Source: Microgenomates group bacterium
GTDB taxonomy: Bacteria > Patescibacteriota > Microgenomatia > UBA1400 > MFAQ01
Direction: 5' to 3'
Assembly: GCA_049303575.1 (NCBI GenBank)
Contig: JBAQNH010000002.1
Span: 11,264-75,263, forward strand
DNA: 64,000 nucleotides
The first letter of the stretch is position 1. Every line of letters starts with the position of its first letter. The position numbers and the translations under genes are program-made. This document shows, one piece after another, positions 8,238 to 16,705 of this stretch. The notes beneath the pieces are model-generated. The model had not been told where the DNA came from, searched no databases, and saw only the letters and a program-made list of their open reading frames with translations.

Positions 8238-9341
8238 TTATTCAATCACTCCGCCCCCTAGACACTCCCCATCCTCACCATAAAACACGGCACTCTGTCC
8301 ACTCGCAATTCCACGAATAGATTTATCCAATATTACTAGTAATCCCTCCTCAGTCTCCATCCCTCGCGCTCCAATCAACTCTCCACCATGTCGGATTCTC
8401 ACGATTAGATGGTCGAGGTTCCATTTTGTTTCCGATATTTTGTTAATCTCACCTACTTGAAACTGATCTCCCCTTGCCTCGTTTTCCAAAGCCACCGTCA
8501 AAATATTTTTCTTGGCATCTTTGCTCACCACGTAAAATACTGGTGTTACTCCCTTCCCTGAAAATTTTCTCTGAGCCGAAGGAAGTATCTCCCAGCCGCC
8601 TCGTTGGCCAATGGTATAAAACCACACCCCGTCATGTTTTCCAATTTCTTCACCGTGAATATCCAACACTTTACCTGGATTTTCTTTTAATCTTCTGGCT
8701 AAAAATTCTCTCGCCTCCACGTTACCTACAAAACAAATTCCTTGTGAATCTTTCCGTTTGGCCACACTCAATTTAGCTTTCTCCGCCATCCCCCTCACCT
8801 CGTTTTTTGAGTACTCACCCAAAGGGAATAAGGTGTGTTTCAGTTCCTTCTGTGTCAGCTTCCACAAAAAATATGTCTGATCCTTATGTTTGTCCACGGG
8901 AATCATCAATTTAGAATCGGCAAGCTTTGCGTAATGTCCGGTAGCAATATAGTCAAAGCCATTCTCCACAGCCCAGTTCAAAAACATACCAAATTTAATT
9001 TCGCTATTACACATCACGTCCGGATTTGGTGTTCGTCCTACCTCGTACTCGTTATAAAAATACGTAATTACTTTTTGGTTGTACTCCTCCGAAAAATCCA
9101 AAACCGTAAAGGGAATCTCAAGCTCCAAAGCTGTTTTCAAGGCAAAAGTTCTGTCCTCATCCGCTCGACAGCCATTTTTTTTAATCCACTCCTCGCGGGT
9201 CAAGCCATCTTTCTCAATTTCACTCTTTGGCGGCCAGCAATACAAATGTACGGCTGTCACGTCATATCCCTGCTCCTTTAAAAGCAAAGCCGCTATGGCG
9301 CTATCCACCCCTCCTGATATTCCTACAGCCACTTTTTTCAC
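8238..9341 (-). CDS. mnmA: tRNA-specific 2-thiouridylase MnmA
   Basis: 367 aa; N-terminal PP-loop VAVGISGGVDSAIAALLL, conserved catalytic Cys residues and C-terminal barrel typical of MnmA. Confidence 0.85.
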   Translation of the reverse strand: MKKVAVGISGGVDSAIAALLLKEQGYDVTAVHLYCWPPKSEIEKDGLTREEWIKKNGCRADEDRTFALKTALELEIPFTVLDFSEEYNQKVITYFYNEYEVGRTPNPDVMCNSEIKFGMFLNWAVENGFDYIATGHYAKLADSKLMIPVDKHKDQTYFLWKLTQKELKHTLFPLGEYSKNEVRGMAEKAKLSVAKRKDSQGICFVGNVEAREFLARRLKENPGKVLDIHGEEIGKHDGVWFYTIGQRGGWEILPSAQRKFSGKGVTPVFYVVSKDAKKNILTVALENEARGDQFQVGEINKISETKWNLDHLIVRIRHGGELIGARGMETEEGLLVILDKSIRGIASGQSAVFYGEDGECLGGGVIE

Positions 9342-9356
9342 AAGGTAGATTTTACC

Positions 9357-9608
9357 CTAGTTATAGTGAACAGTCACATTTAATACCTCAATGACTTCAC
9401 CTCTTTTCTGAAAAATAAACAGGGCTCTGAATTTTCTATCAACCCTAAAGCTATAAATCCCCAATTTCTTAGGTTCCAAAAGCTCCACTCTCAAACTAGG
9501 ATGATAGATATTGTTTCCTAACAACTTGATTTGTTTCTCGTATTTTTTTACCAAACTATATTTCTTCAACTTCCTCGATACAGTCTCGTTTGAAGGAAGA
9601 ACCTCCAC
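9357..9608 (-). CDS. RelE/ParE-family type II toxin (putative)
   Basis: 83 aa; C-terminal ...YSFRVDRKFRALFIFQKRGEVIEVLNV... resembles the RelE/ParE/YoeB core (xRxxYxV..xxxIxILxIxHR-like). Start is 2 nt after the upstream RHH gene. Confidence 0.5.
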   Translation of the reverse strand: MEVLPSNETVSRKLKKYSLVKKYEKQIKLLGNNIYHPSLRVELLEPKKLGIYSFRVDRKFRALFIFQKRGEVIEVLNVTVHYN

Positions 9609-9609
9609 C

Positions 9610-9903
9610 TTACTTCACAAAATACTTACTCTCTTCCAAGCCCTCTTTCAAATCAGTCAAAAACTCGGGTGAGTATCTCTTCGTCTCTTTGAATTCACCA
9701 ACAATCTTTTTTGCCGATTTTTCACCGGGGACATCAAAGGGGAAAGCCACACTCTTTTTTAACAGAGCCTCATCTGAGAGAGTCACCCTCAGTAATGCAC
9801 GCACAAACTCGCTTCTATTTTCAAAGCCAAATACACCCGACAATCTATCGATTTCGGACAACTGACGATCGGTTAATGACAAACTCACTGTACTCATGGA
9901 CAA
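9610..9903 (-). CDS. Ribbon-helix-helix (CopG/ParD-like) antitoxin (putative)
   Basis: 97 aa; N-terminal VSLSLTDRQLSEIDRLSGVFGFENRSEFVRALLR typical RHH DNA-binding motif. Confidence 0.5.
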   Translation of the reverse strand: MSMSTVSLSLTDRQLSEIDRLSGVFGFENRSEFVRALLRVTLSDEALLKKSVAFPFDVPGEKSAKKIVGEFKETKRYSPEFLTDLKEGLEESKYFVK

Positions 9904-9959
9904 ATCTTAACACACTTTATTAAACTTTATCAATGTATATTAAACATTAACAATGTAAA

Positions 9960-11372
9960 TCACTTAACCAGCTTCAAATTGCTCTCACAAAGATAATATC
10001 CCGGTCTTTCTTTCAGACAGGCCTCAAACTCTTCTCTTGCCCTGTCGGTATCTCCACTCCACCAGTAATACATTCCCCAGTTATTCATTAGTTCGGGGTA
10101 ACTTGGATAGATTATCTCTGCCTTTTCTAAAATCTCTTTTCCTTTTCCAAAATCTTTTTTAATAAGATACATCGCCGCCGCATTACTTTGCGCCATTACA
10201 CTGTCTTTGGCATAAGCCGCATCATGAATAAACAAACGCTCTTGCGATAGCCAGTCAGAATTTCGCACTACAGTCCTTCCGGCAAACAACACTATTAATA
10301 CCACCAATATCCATTTATTCCACAATTTAAGATTCATAAGCATTATCACCATTCCCAAGCTTGACCAAAACCAAAGTCTTTCCCCAAAAATAGTTCCGAT
10401 GGAAAAAAGAAAGTTTCCTGTAATCGTGAGCGGGCCCCAAAACAAAATTTGACTCAATATCCACAACTTGTTGTTTCTCAATTTTGTAAACAAACTTCCA
10501 ATCGACAAAAGCATCAAAGAAGCCCCGCCCAACACCCTCCAATCAAACCAGTTAGAAATCAACTTTAATTGATTAAAGGAATAATCATAACTGAGATTGA
10601 GAGGAAATATTACCTTTCCGATACCAAACGGTACCAAAGCAAAAGCATTGGTTATTCTTTGACTAGTACTCACAAACTTCAGCGGGTTTTCCACTATTGT
10701 TGCGCTGTTTTCCATTCCTCCATCCCCCAAAACAATCATTCTCAAAATTAAATAGCTAATCGTCACCAACACATAAAATGAAATCACTCCTATTTTGACG
10801 TCCTTCTTTTCTTTACTTAAAAACAATAAATATATTAATACCGGCAAACCAACAATAGCAATTTCTTTCGAAAGCAAAGCCAACAAAAACATCAGTGCCG
10901 ACAGCTCCCATTTTTTTCTAAACTGCATTAGTATTGCCCACAAAACCAATCCCAAAGATAATATCTCCGCCCTCCCTACGATGTTATTTACCGCTTCGGT
11001 GTGTATCGGTAAAACCGTAAAAACAATCGCTCCCCAGAAAGCCGTTTTCTCCACGCTAATCTTTTTTAATACCTCAAACACCAACCAGCAAACTCCGGCA
11101 TAAAGCAAAATATTTATTAAGTGAAATCCCCAAGCCCTTTTTCCAGTCACCAAGGCATTGAGATAAAAACTAAAGCTGGTAACAGGTCGATATGCTCCAG
11201 AACTTTCCTCATCCATATAATAGTATGGTCTCGCAAACGTGGCTCCGAGGGCACCCACACTACCCATCTCCGGATCGCTTTCAATTACTTTTGTATCATC
11301 TTGAACAAATCCCCCAAAAATACTCACCCCATAAATCACCAAAGCCAAAATAAAAATCCTCCACCTTTTCAT
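9960..11372 (-). CDS. Polytopic membrane protein (GT-C / PMT-ArnT-like glycosyltransferase fold) with C-terminal TPR repeats
   Basis: 470 aa; about 10 predicted TM helices in the first 380 aa; C-terminal AYAKDSVMAQSNAAAMYLIKKDFGKGKEILEKAEIIYPSYPELMNNWGMYYWWSGDTDRAREEFEACL is TPR-like. Confidence 0.4.
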   Translation of the reverse strand: MKRWRIFILALVIYGVSIFGGFVQDDTKVIESDPEMGSVGALGATFARPYYYMDEESSGAYRPVTSFSFYLNALVTGKRAWGFHLINILLYAGVCWLVFEVLKKISVEKTAFWGAIVFTVLPIHTEAVNNIVGRAEILSLGLVLWAILMQFRKKWELSALMFLLALLSKEIAIVGLPVLIYLLFLSKEKKDVKIGVISFYVLVTISYLILRMIVLGDGGMENSATIVENPLKFVSTSQRITNAFALVPFGIGKVIFPLNLSYDYSFNQLKLISNWFDWRVLGGASLMLLSIGSLFTKLRNNKLWILSQILFWGPLTITGNFLFSIGTIFGERLWFWSSLGMVIMLMNLKLWNKWILVVLIVLFAGRTVVRNSDWLSQERLFIHDAAYAKDSVMAQSNAAAMYLIKKDFGKGKEILEKAEIIYPSYPELMNNWGMYYWWSGDTDRAREEFEACLKERPGYYLCESNLKLVK

Positions 11373-11604
11373 TCTTCAATTGTAATGCCCCTAACCCTTT
11401 TAGACTAAGCCTATTTTTTGACTATCTTTTTTACCCGAAAATCACTTTGTCCTTGTCGCCTGTCTTTTAATCCTCTCTCCTCCTTTTCTCCTTTTTCCTT
11501 TCTTATCTCATCATTCTTTGTCTCAAACTGGTTATGGAAACTCGGGCTATAAACGGTACTCTTTTGCCTCATACCATCATAGTAACAAAACTAACAATAT
11601 AAAA

Positions 11605-12012
11605 TCAAGAAAACACTATTCTTCTGACATTTTTTGTCGTAAACAAAGCTTCCTTAGCCTCAGCTCTGATCTTTTCCAGTTCTTTAGTTACCACCGGCGA
11701 CTTCGTCAATATTTTTTCCTCAATTTCTCCCTTATAAATACCCAAGTACCGGTTTGTTTCTTCCTCTCCCAATCTAATTGCTATATGGGTTGCCATTTTC
11801 TCGTTCAAAACCACGTCGCTACCTCTCTCACCACTCAACTGCCTTACACTTGCTCTTTCGGCATTGTCTATAATCATTTTTCTGTCTTCATCGCCCAGTT
11901 CGGTTGTTCCAATACCAAAGACCAGATCCAATCCCCTGCGATAAGCCTCCAGGTCGCTGCGCTTAAAAGCTCCTCGCTCTGCGTCTACCCTACTCTCAGT
12001 TGAGTTAAACAT
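11605..12012 (-). CDS. Hypothetical hydrophilic protein (135 aa), 22 nt downstream of the ATP-grasp genes on the same strand
   Basis: ORF with charged, low-hydrophobicity composition; no recognisable motif. Confidence 0.35.
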   Translation of the reverse strand: MFNSTESRVDAERGAFKRSDLEAYRRGLDLVFGIGTTELGDEDRKMIIDNAERASVRQLSGERGSDVVLNEKMATHIAIRLGEEETNRYLGIYKGEIEEKILTKSPVVTKELEKIRAEAKEALFTTKNVRRIVFS

Positions 12013-12034
12013 ACCTTATATTATCACCAACTTT

Positions 12035-12961
12035 TCAAGACACAATCTTTTTTGCGACATTGATTTCTCTGTGTGCTTTTTCAAACCACTTAAACTGTGC
12101 TGTTCTATTCACCTCAAAAATTCTCCACTGTTTTTCCGTTTCGTCCCAAGCCACATCTAGTCCGGCAAAATCCGCTTTCAAGACTTTGGTTGCTTTCAAA
12201 CAAATCTCTTTTAGATCTTCCATCTGTTCATCGGTAAACTTCGGCTTTATCTTTGCCGTTTCCTCCATCAACTCAGCTGTTTGGAACTTATTCTTTTGTC
12301 TGTGCTTCATCATTCCGAGAACCTCACCTCTCAAAATCAAGACCCTAAACCATCTTCTCACCTTTAAAACAGGTTGAATTAAAACATCTCCCTCACTATA
12401 TTTCTGTGACAGTCTCACTAATCTTTCCAGAGTCTCCGCCAGCTTAACGTTTTTTCCGTGACTGCCAAAACGAGCTTTCACCATCACCGGTACGAAAGGA
12501 GTTTTTCTCTTTTCCAAGACTTCCAAGTATCGCTTCCAACCACGCCACCCATTAAACGATGCAAAAGGAATCACTGGCAAACCAGCCTGGGCCAAAAGCA
12601 CTCCCTGTTCCAACTTGCCCATCAAGGGATAAAATTTAAAACTTTCACTGTTGATTACCTGAATCTTTTTTTCTTTACCGCCTTGAGTTCTCAGATTTTC
12701 TAAATACTCCAAGATCACCGACTTTACTCCAAGCATCGACTCTCCACCTCTTTTTGTTGCTGCTCTGGGTATTACCAAGTCATACTCTTCCAATTTTTTC
12801 CCAGTCATCAAGTCAATCACCGGCTTACCCAGAGGACTAACTCCGAGTCGCACATGTTCGTAGTTCACTCTATCCACGTCATGTCCTAAGGCACTAGCCT
12901 CCTCAGCCAGTCTCCTTGGTTCATACTCTCCTCGAAATCTGGTTAGTATTAGAACGTTCAT
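12035..12961 (-). CDS. RimK-like ATP-grasp amidoligase (alpha-L-glutamate ligase family), paralogue 2
   Basis: 308 aa; architecture and motifs parallel to E. coli RimK (N-terminal MNVLILTR.., central ATP-grasp, C-terminal ..WRIFEVNRTAQFKWFEKAHREIN..). Closely related to the adjacent 12964-13875 gene, whose C-terminal block is ..IIEVNEAPQFKVFEKRTKIN... Confidence 0.7.
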   Translation of the reverse strand: MNVLILTRFRGEYEPRRLAEEASALGHDVDRVNYEHVRLGVSPLGKPVIDLMTGKKLEEYDLVIPRAATKRGGESMLGVKSVILEYLENLRTQGGKEKKIQVINSESFKFYPLMGKLEQGVLLAQAGLPVIPFASFNGWRGWKRYLEVLEKRKTPFVPVMVKARFGSHGKNVKLAETLERLVRLSQKYSEGDVLIQPVLKVRRWFRVLILRGEVLGMMKHRQKNKFQTAELMEETAKIKPKFTDEQMEDLKEICLKATKVLKADFAGLDVAWDETEKQWRIFEVNRTAQFKWFEKAHREINVAKKIVS

Positions 12962-12963
12962 AT

Positions 12964-13875
12964 TTATTTTCCGAATTTATTAATACAGTACTCCAATATT
13001 TTTCTGGGAGCGTTGATCTTGGTTCTCTTTTCAAACACTTTAAACTGTGGTGCCTCATTAACCTCGATTATGTAAACTTCACCCGTCTTTTTGCTGATCA
13101 CCATATCGGTTCCGGCTACCTCGACACCAAGAGCTTTAGCCGCCACTTCTGCTGTTCTTACAACTGCCTCGGGAATTTCCTGCAAGCCAATCGAGCTCCC
13201 CTGACTCTTATTTAAAATTAATTTTTCTTCTTTAACTTGTCGCTTAAATCCGCCGATGCATTTATATCCCACAGTCATCACCCGATAATCTCCGTCATTT
13301 TCGATATATTCTTGTACCAAAAATCCCCTTATCATTGGAATTTTTTCACCCCTAATTTTTGCTTTTTCTTTTCGCTCTTCCAAAACCTCTTTTAATTTTG
13401 TTAGGTCTCCATACTCACGAATCCAGAAAGTTCCCATACCATGACGTCCTCCTTGTGAAAGTTTCACAATTAACGGAAAAGTAGCTTCTCTTAAAAAAAT
13501 CTCCAGATCACTCCAAGTTTCGATGTAGGCTGACTTGGGATACGCCACTCCCGCCTCCGCCAGTTGCCAGGACATCACACTTTTAAAACGGCGCAATGGA
13601 CCCTCTGTCATCAAGTACTCGTCAACGACGGGAACGTTGTGTTTCTTGGCATAAAGCTGCAACAACTTACTCCACTCCAGCTCAGAACCAACGGAGCGGA
13701 AAAACCAACCATCAAAATCTTTCATGTCGACTTCCCCAAAAAGAATCTTTCCGTCAACCATTCTCAACTGGCGGTACTTAATGAGAACTAACTCAATTTC
13801 CAAACTCCTCGCCTCCTCCAAAAATCTCTGCTCGCTCTCGTCAAAAGTAATTCTGTGTAAATATGCAATTCTCAT
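12964..13875 (-). CDS. RimK-like ATP-grasp amidoligase, paralogue 1
   Basis: 303 aa; MRIAYLHR.. N-terminus, ..LIVKLSQGGRHGMG.., ..VYIIEVNEAPQF.. typical ATP-grasp signatures; 3-nt gap to the next gene. Confidence 0.7.
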   Translation of the reverse strand: MRIAYLHRITFDESEQRFLEEARSLEIELVLIKYRQLRMVDGKILFGEVDMKDFDGWFFRSVGSELEWSKLLQLYAKKHNVPVVDEYLMTEGPLRRFKSVMSWQLAEAGVAYPKSAYIETWSDLEIFLREATFPLIVKLSQGGRHGMGTFWIREYGDLTKLKEVLEERKEKAKIRGEKIPMIRGFLVQEYIENDGDYRVMTVGYKCIGGFKRQVKEEKLILNKSQGSSIGLQEIPEAVVRTAEVAAKALGVEVAGTDMVISKKTGEVYIIEVNEAPQFKVFEKRTKINAPRKILEYCINKFGK

Positions 13876-13882
13876 GACTTAA

Positions 13883-15199
13883 TTAAACACTAGTTTTCTT
13901 TCTAATTCTTATTACCCCCGGATCCACCACAAACTCTTTAAGATCTCGTCTGCCAATGAGCAACTGCCGTCTCAACTCGGTTCTGTTAGTGACACTTGCT
14001 CTTGTTCTAATTACTCTACCCTTAAGTTTAAAGGTTATCGCCACAATTGTTCTTTCTTCAAATCCCAACGCATTTTTAACCTTTTTCATCCATAAAACAT
14101 TTTCCGGTGCCAAAAGTCCGAGTTCCAACGCTAAATTTTGGTCGATTGAAGTACTTCTGGCTCCGGTATCGATTTTACATGGCACATCAACCCATTTCTT
14201 TTTTCCGGTCTTTACCCTTACGGACTCAAAAATTCCTAAAACAGGTTTTTCTTCTCCTGCAAACAACACTCTGTTGGCAAACTTACTCGCAAAGAGAGAC
14301 TTCCCTATCTTTACTCCACTCTCTAGGTTATCTACTTCCAGTCCCTCGACTCTTTGTAGTCTTCGCCTTAGTCCGGTCATGTTAGCCAGTTGTATTGAAA
14401 GACCCGGTTGATCATTCAACTCCAGCACCACCGGTCCTTTATCACCATCAATGAGCATGTCTACCGACAAATATGGTAAGTGAGATATTTTCTGTGTTTT
14501 TACCGCCATTAGAAGAATCTTGTTCCAGTAAGGAATCGCAATTCCGTTGACTTTTTTGTTGGTATCGGGGAAATACTTCAGTGGGCTATTTTTGTAAACT
14601 CCATGGGTCGTAATTCCGGTAGCCAAATCAATACCTAGTCCAATAGCTCCCTGGTGTAGATTTGCTTTTCCGCCACTTTCTTCAGTCGGCAAACGTAGCA
14701 TCGCCATCACCGGAACCTTGTTAAAAACAATTACTCGAACATCAGGTGCACCACCAACCGCCAACTTCTTAAATTTAGGATGGATTGTAATCCTTTCTTC
14801 AATCATCGCTTTGTCAGGCAGATTATTGTGTGAGTACTTTCCCTCAACTATGTCCACGGTGTGGAGTACTAGATCCTCAACACTCACCTTTTTTCCGTCC
14901 ACTGTCCAAAACTTTCCTTCTTCTTTAGCCGGACGTTTGATTAACAAAATTCCTTGTCCTCCAAAACCCTGAACCGGTTTCACGGCAAATCCCTCGGTAA
15001 GTTTGCTCCAGTCAAAGTCTCTTACCTCGTGTGCATCCTTAAGAACACCCAGTAATCTTGGATGAGGCACGCGGGCACGTTTGAGCATTCTCTTCGTCAA
15101 GAGTTTGTCGTCAGCCCTTTTTCTTGCCGACTTTTTATTAAGTAACAAGTAATCGGCAGACCTGGCATTGAGTCCTAGTATGTCGCTCAGTCTCATCAT
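13883..15199 (-). CDS. Fusion protein: alpha-L-glutamate-ligase-related ATP-grasp domain (N-terminal) + retropepsin-like aspartic peptidase domain (C-terminal, D-T-G-A)
   Basis: 438 aa; the N-terminus ILGLNARSADYLLLNKKSARKRADDKLLTKRMLKRARVP matches my recollection of the RimK-related 'GMNRRN..Y...DDKL.TK' family. The C-terminus ..WVDVPCKIDTGARSTSIDQNLALELGL carries the D-T-G-A aspartyl-protease signature found in the COG4067 'Zn_protease' family that accompanies RimK-like ligases. Confidence 0.6.
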   Translation of the reverse strand: MMRLSDILGLNARSADYLLLNKKSARKRADDKLLTKRMLKRARVPHPRLLGVLKDAHEVRDFDWSKLTEGFAVKPVQGFGGQGILLIKRPAKEEGKFWTVDGKKVSVEDLVLHTVDIVEGKYSHNNLPDKAMIEERITIHPKFKKLAVGGAPDVRVIVFNKVPVMAMLRLPTEESGGKANLHQGAIGLGIDLATGITTHGVYKNSPLKYFPDTNKKVNGIAIPYWNKILLMAVKTQKISHLPYLSVDMLIDGDKGPVVLELNDQPGLSIQLANMTGLRRRLQRVEGLEVDNLESGVKIGKSLFASKFANRVLFAGEEKPVLGIFESVRVKTGKKKWVDVPCKIDTGARSTSIDQNLALELGLLAPENVLWMKKVKNALGFEERTIVAITFKLKGRVIRTRASVTNRTELRRQLLIGRRDLKEFVVDPGVIRIRKKTSV

Positions 15200-15209
15200 T
15201 ATTTATTAT

Positions 15210-16070
15210 TTATTTCGAAAGTAATTTTCTAAATCTCCATATCTCCAAGAGTCTCAATCCCTTGTATGTTCCAATCAGATAATCAAGCCCCAAAATTCCA
15301 ATTACCGAGATCTCAGGATGGAGCAATACCTGCGACTGGATCCAAGGAGCACTCATCAACTTGTAAGCAATCAAGGCCACAATCACCGTTTCTACCGTCA
15401 TCCACATCGAAGTAGAAATACTTCTGGTAATTTGTGCTTCAATGAATGTCTCTGCCAGCAATACGAAAAGCATAATCGGGAAAATACCCACACTCATCAG
15501 CCTTTCCAAACCAATCAAGGGAGACATCAAAAGCAGTAGTAGTACTGCCATGGAAACTACCCAAATCAAAATCGCTAGCTTAGGAAAATAAGGCACCTTC
15601 ACTTTTTTAATTAGCATTCTCCCCAGCGTCGCCACCCCAAGAATGAAAAACAGCAACACCACTCCTGCCAACCCACCAGTAGACAAAAATGCTACCGAGA
15701 GTAACGCCGGCGTGATCATGCCAAAACCGGAAACACCCACCACTTGTCGAGAAAAAGCTACTAAAGCGGCAACTAGTGGAAATAGAAATAAAAGTACCAG
15801 TGTGTTAGGTGACACTCCTTCAGACACTGCTTTTCGCATGGCAATCTTTAACACATTCTTACCCCACCATCCGGTTAATTTCTGCTCGTTCATCAGAGTG
15901 GTCAATCTGTCACCCTTCTCACTAGGAATAGTGAGATCTACCCCTCTTTCCACCACCACCTCTGCCGAAACGGAAGCCACGGGGACTTCATCCTCTAAAG
16001 GAGCCGCCCAAGACTTAACTGGGAAGAGGAAAAATAAAAATATTGCCAGCACCATCAATACTTTTTTCAT
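15210..16070 (-). CDS. Secreted/7TM membrane protein (7TM domain of the transglutaminase-7TM family, without the transglutaminase domain)
   Basis: 286 aa; signal peptide, ~60-aa periplasmic segment, then 7 hydrophobic helices; first gene of the four-gene minus-strand operon with the ATP-grasp genes (gaps 3-10 nt). Confidence 0.5.
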   Translation of the reverse strand: MKKVLMVLAIFLFFLFPVKSWAAPLEDEVPVASVSAEVVVERGVDLTIPSEKGDRLTTLMNEQKLTGWWGKNVLKIAMRKAVSEGVSPNTLVLLFLFPLVAALVAFSRQVVGVSGFGMITPALLSVAFLSTGGLAGVVLLFFILGVATLGRMLIKKVKVPYFPKLAILIWVVSMAVLLLLLMSPLIGLERLMSVGIFPIMLFVLLAETFIEAQITRSISTSMWMTVETVIVALIAYKLMSAPWIQSQVLLHPEISVIGILGLDYLIGTYKGLRLLEIWRFRKLLSK

Positions 16071-16115
16071 GTTATATATTTTACCTCACTTCGCCTTACG
16101 AAGCTAGCTGTCAAG

Positions 16116-16697
16116 TTGACTAATGACTATATTTTCTCTACTATGATAGTAGCTATGAATCTAGGCAAAATATCTCCCTTTCTTCTCATCGCTTTGGGCG
16201 TCTCTTTAGGTCTCTTTGGCTTCTTCCTCATTCTGGCTAATCCCTTTGGCTGGAAATTTAATCTTCCCTCCCTAATTCCCCAAACAACCACCACCACTCG
16301 TAATGGTGAAAAACTCCCCAAGGGTGTCGTCCAAGCCCCTACGCCCTATTTATTTCTTCCTCACGGTAAACAAACCTACAATGTCCGAGGTGGAGACGAC
16401 AAGATCTCGATAATCACTACCGTTATCTACGACCCCCTCGATCCCAAAAAAGACTCCACTCAGATAATTTCTGTCACTGCCAAAAGCAAAGAGCAAATCA
16501 ACTCGATTTCTCTCACTATGAACACCGATAACCAAACAAAGGTGTATCCCATGACTTTTAGCTCGGGAACAAAGTTAAACGGTCTCTGGACAGCTTCTTT
16601 TATTGCTTCCGATACCTACGAAAAAACATATGATGTCTCTTTTGAAATTATTACCGAGCTGGGCAACAAATCCATTCAGCCCATGCCGTTAAGATAA
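16116..16697 (+). CDS. Secreted/membrane-anchored hypothetical protein (193 aa)
   Basis: N-terminal hydrophobic anchor (ISPFLLIALGVSLGLFGFFLILA), Thr-run linker, then a beta-rich domain; immediately upstream of the tail-fibre-like gene. True start may be an internal Met. Confidence 0.45.
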   Translation: MTNDYIFSTMIVAMNLGKISPFLLIALGVSLGLFGFFLILANPFGWKFNLPSLIPQTTTTTRNGEKLPKGVVQAPTPYLFLPHGKQTYNVRGGDDKISIITTVIYDPLDPKKDSTQIISVTAKSKEQINSISLTMNTDNQTKVYPMTFSSGTKLNGLWTASFIASDTYEKTYDVSFEIITELGNKSIQPMPLR

Positions 16698-16705
16698 CAA
16701 AAAAT

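Noticed and set aside
8000-8240. ORF 8061-8261 upstream of 16S
   Set aside because: Lies in the 16S promoter/leader region, has no RBS, and overlaps the mnmA 3' end; likely non-coding.
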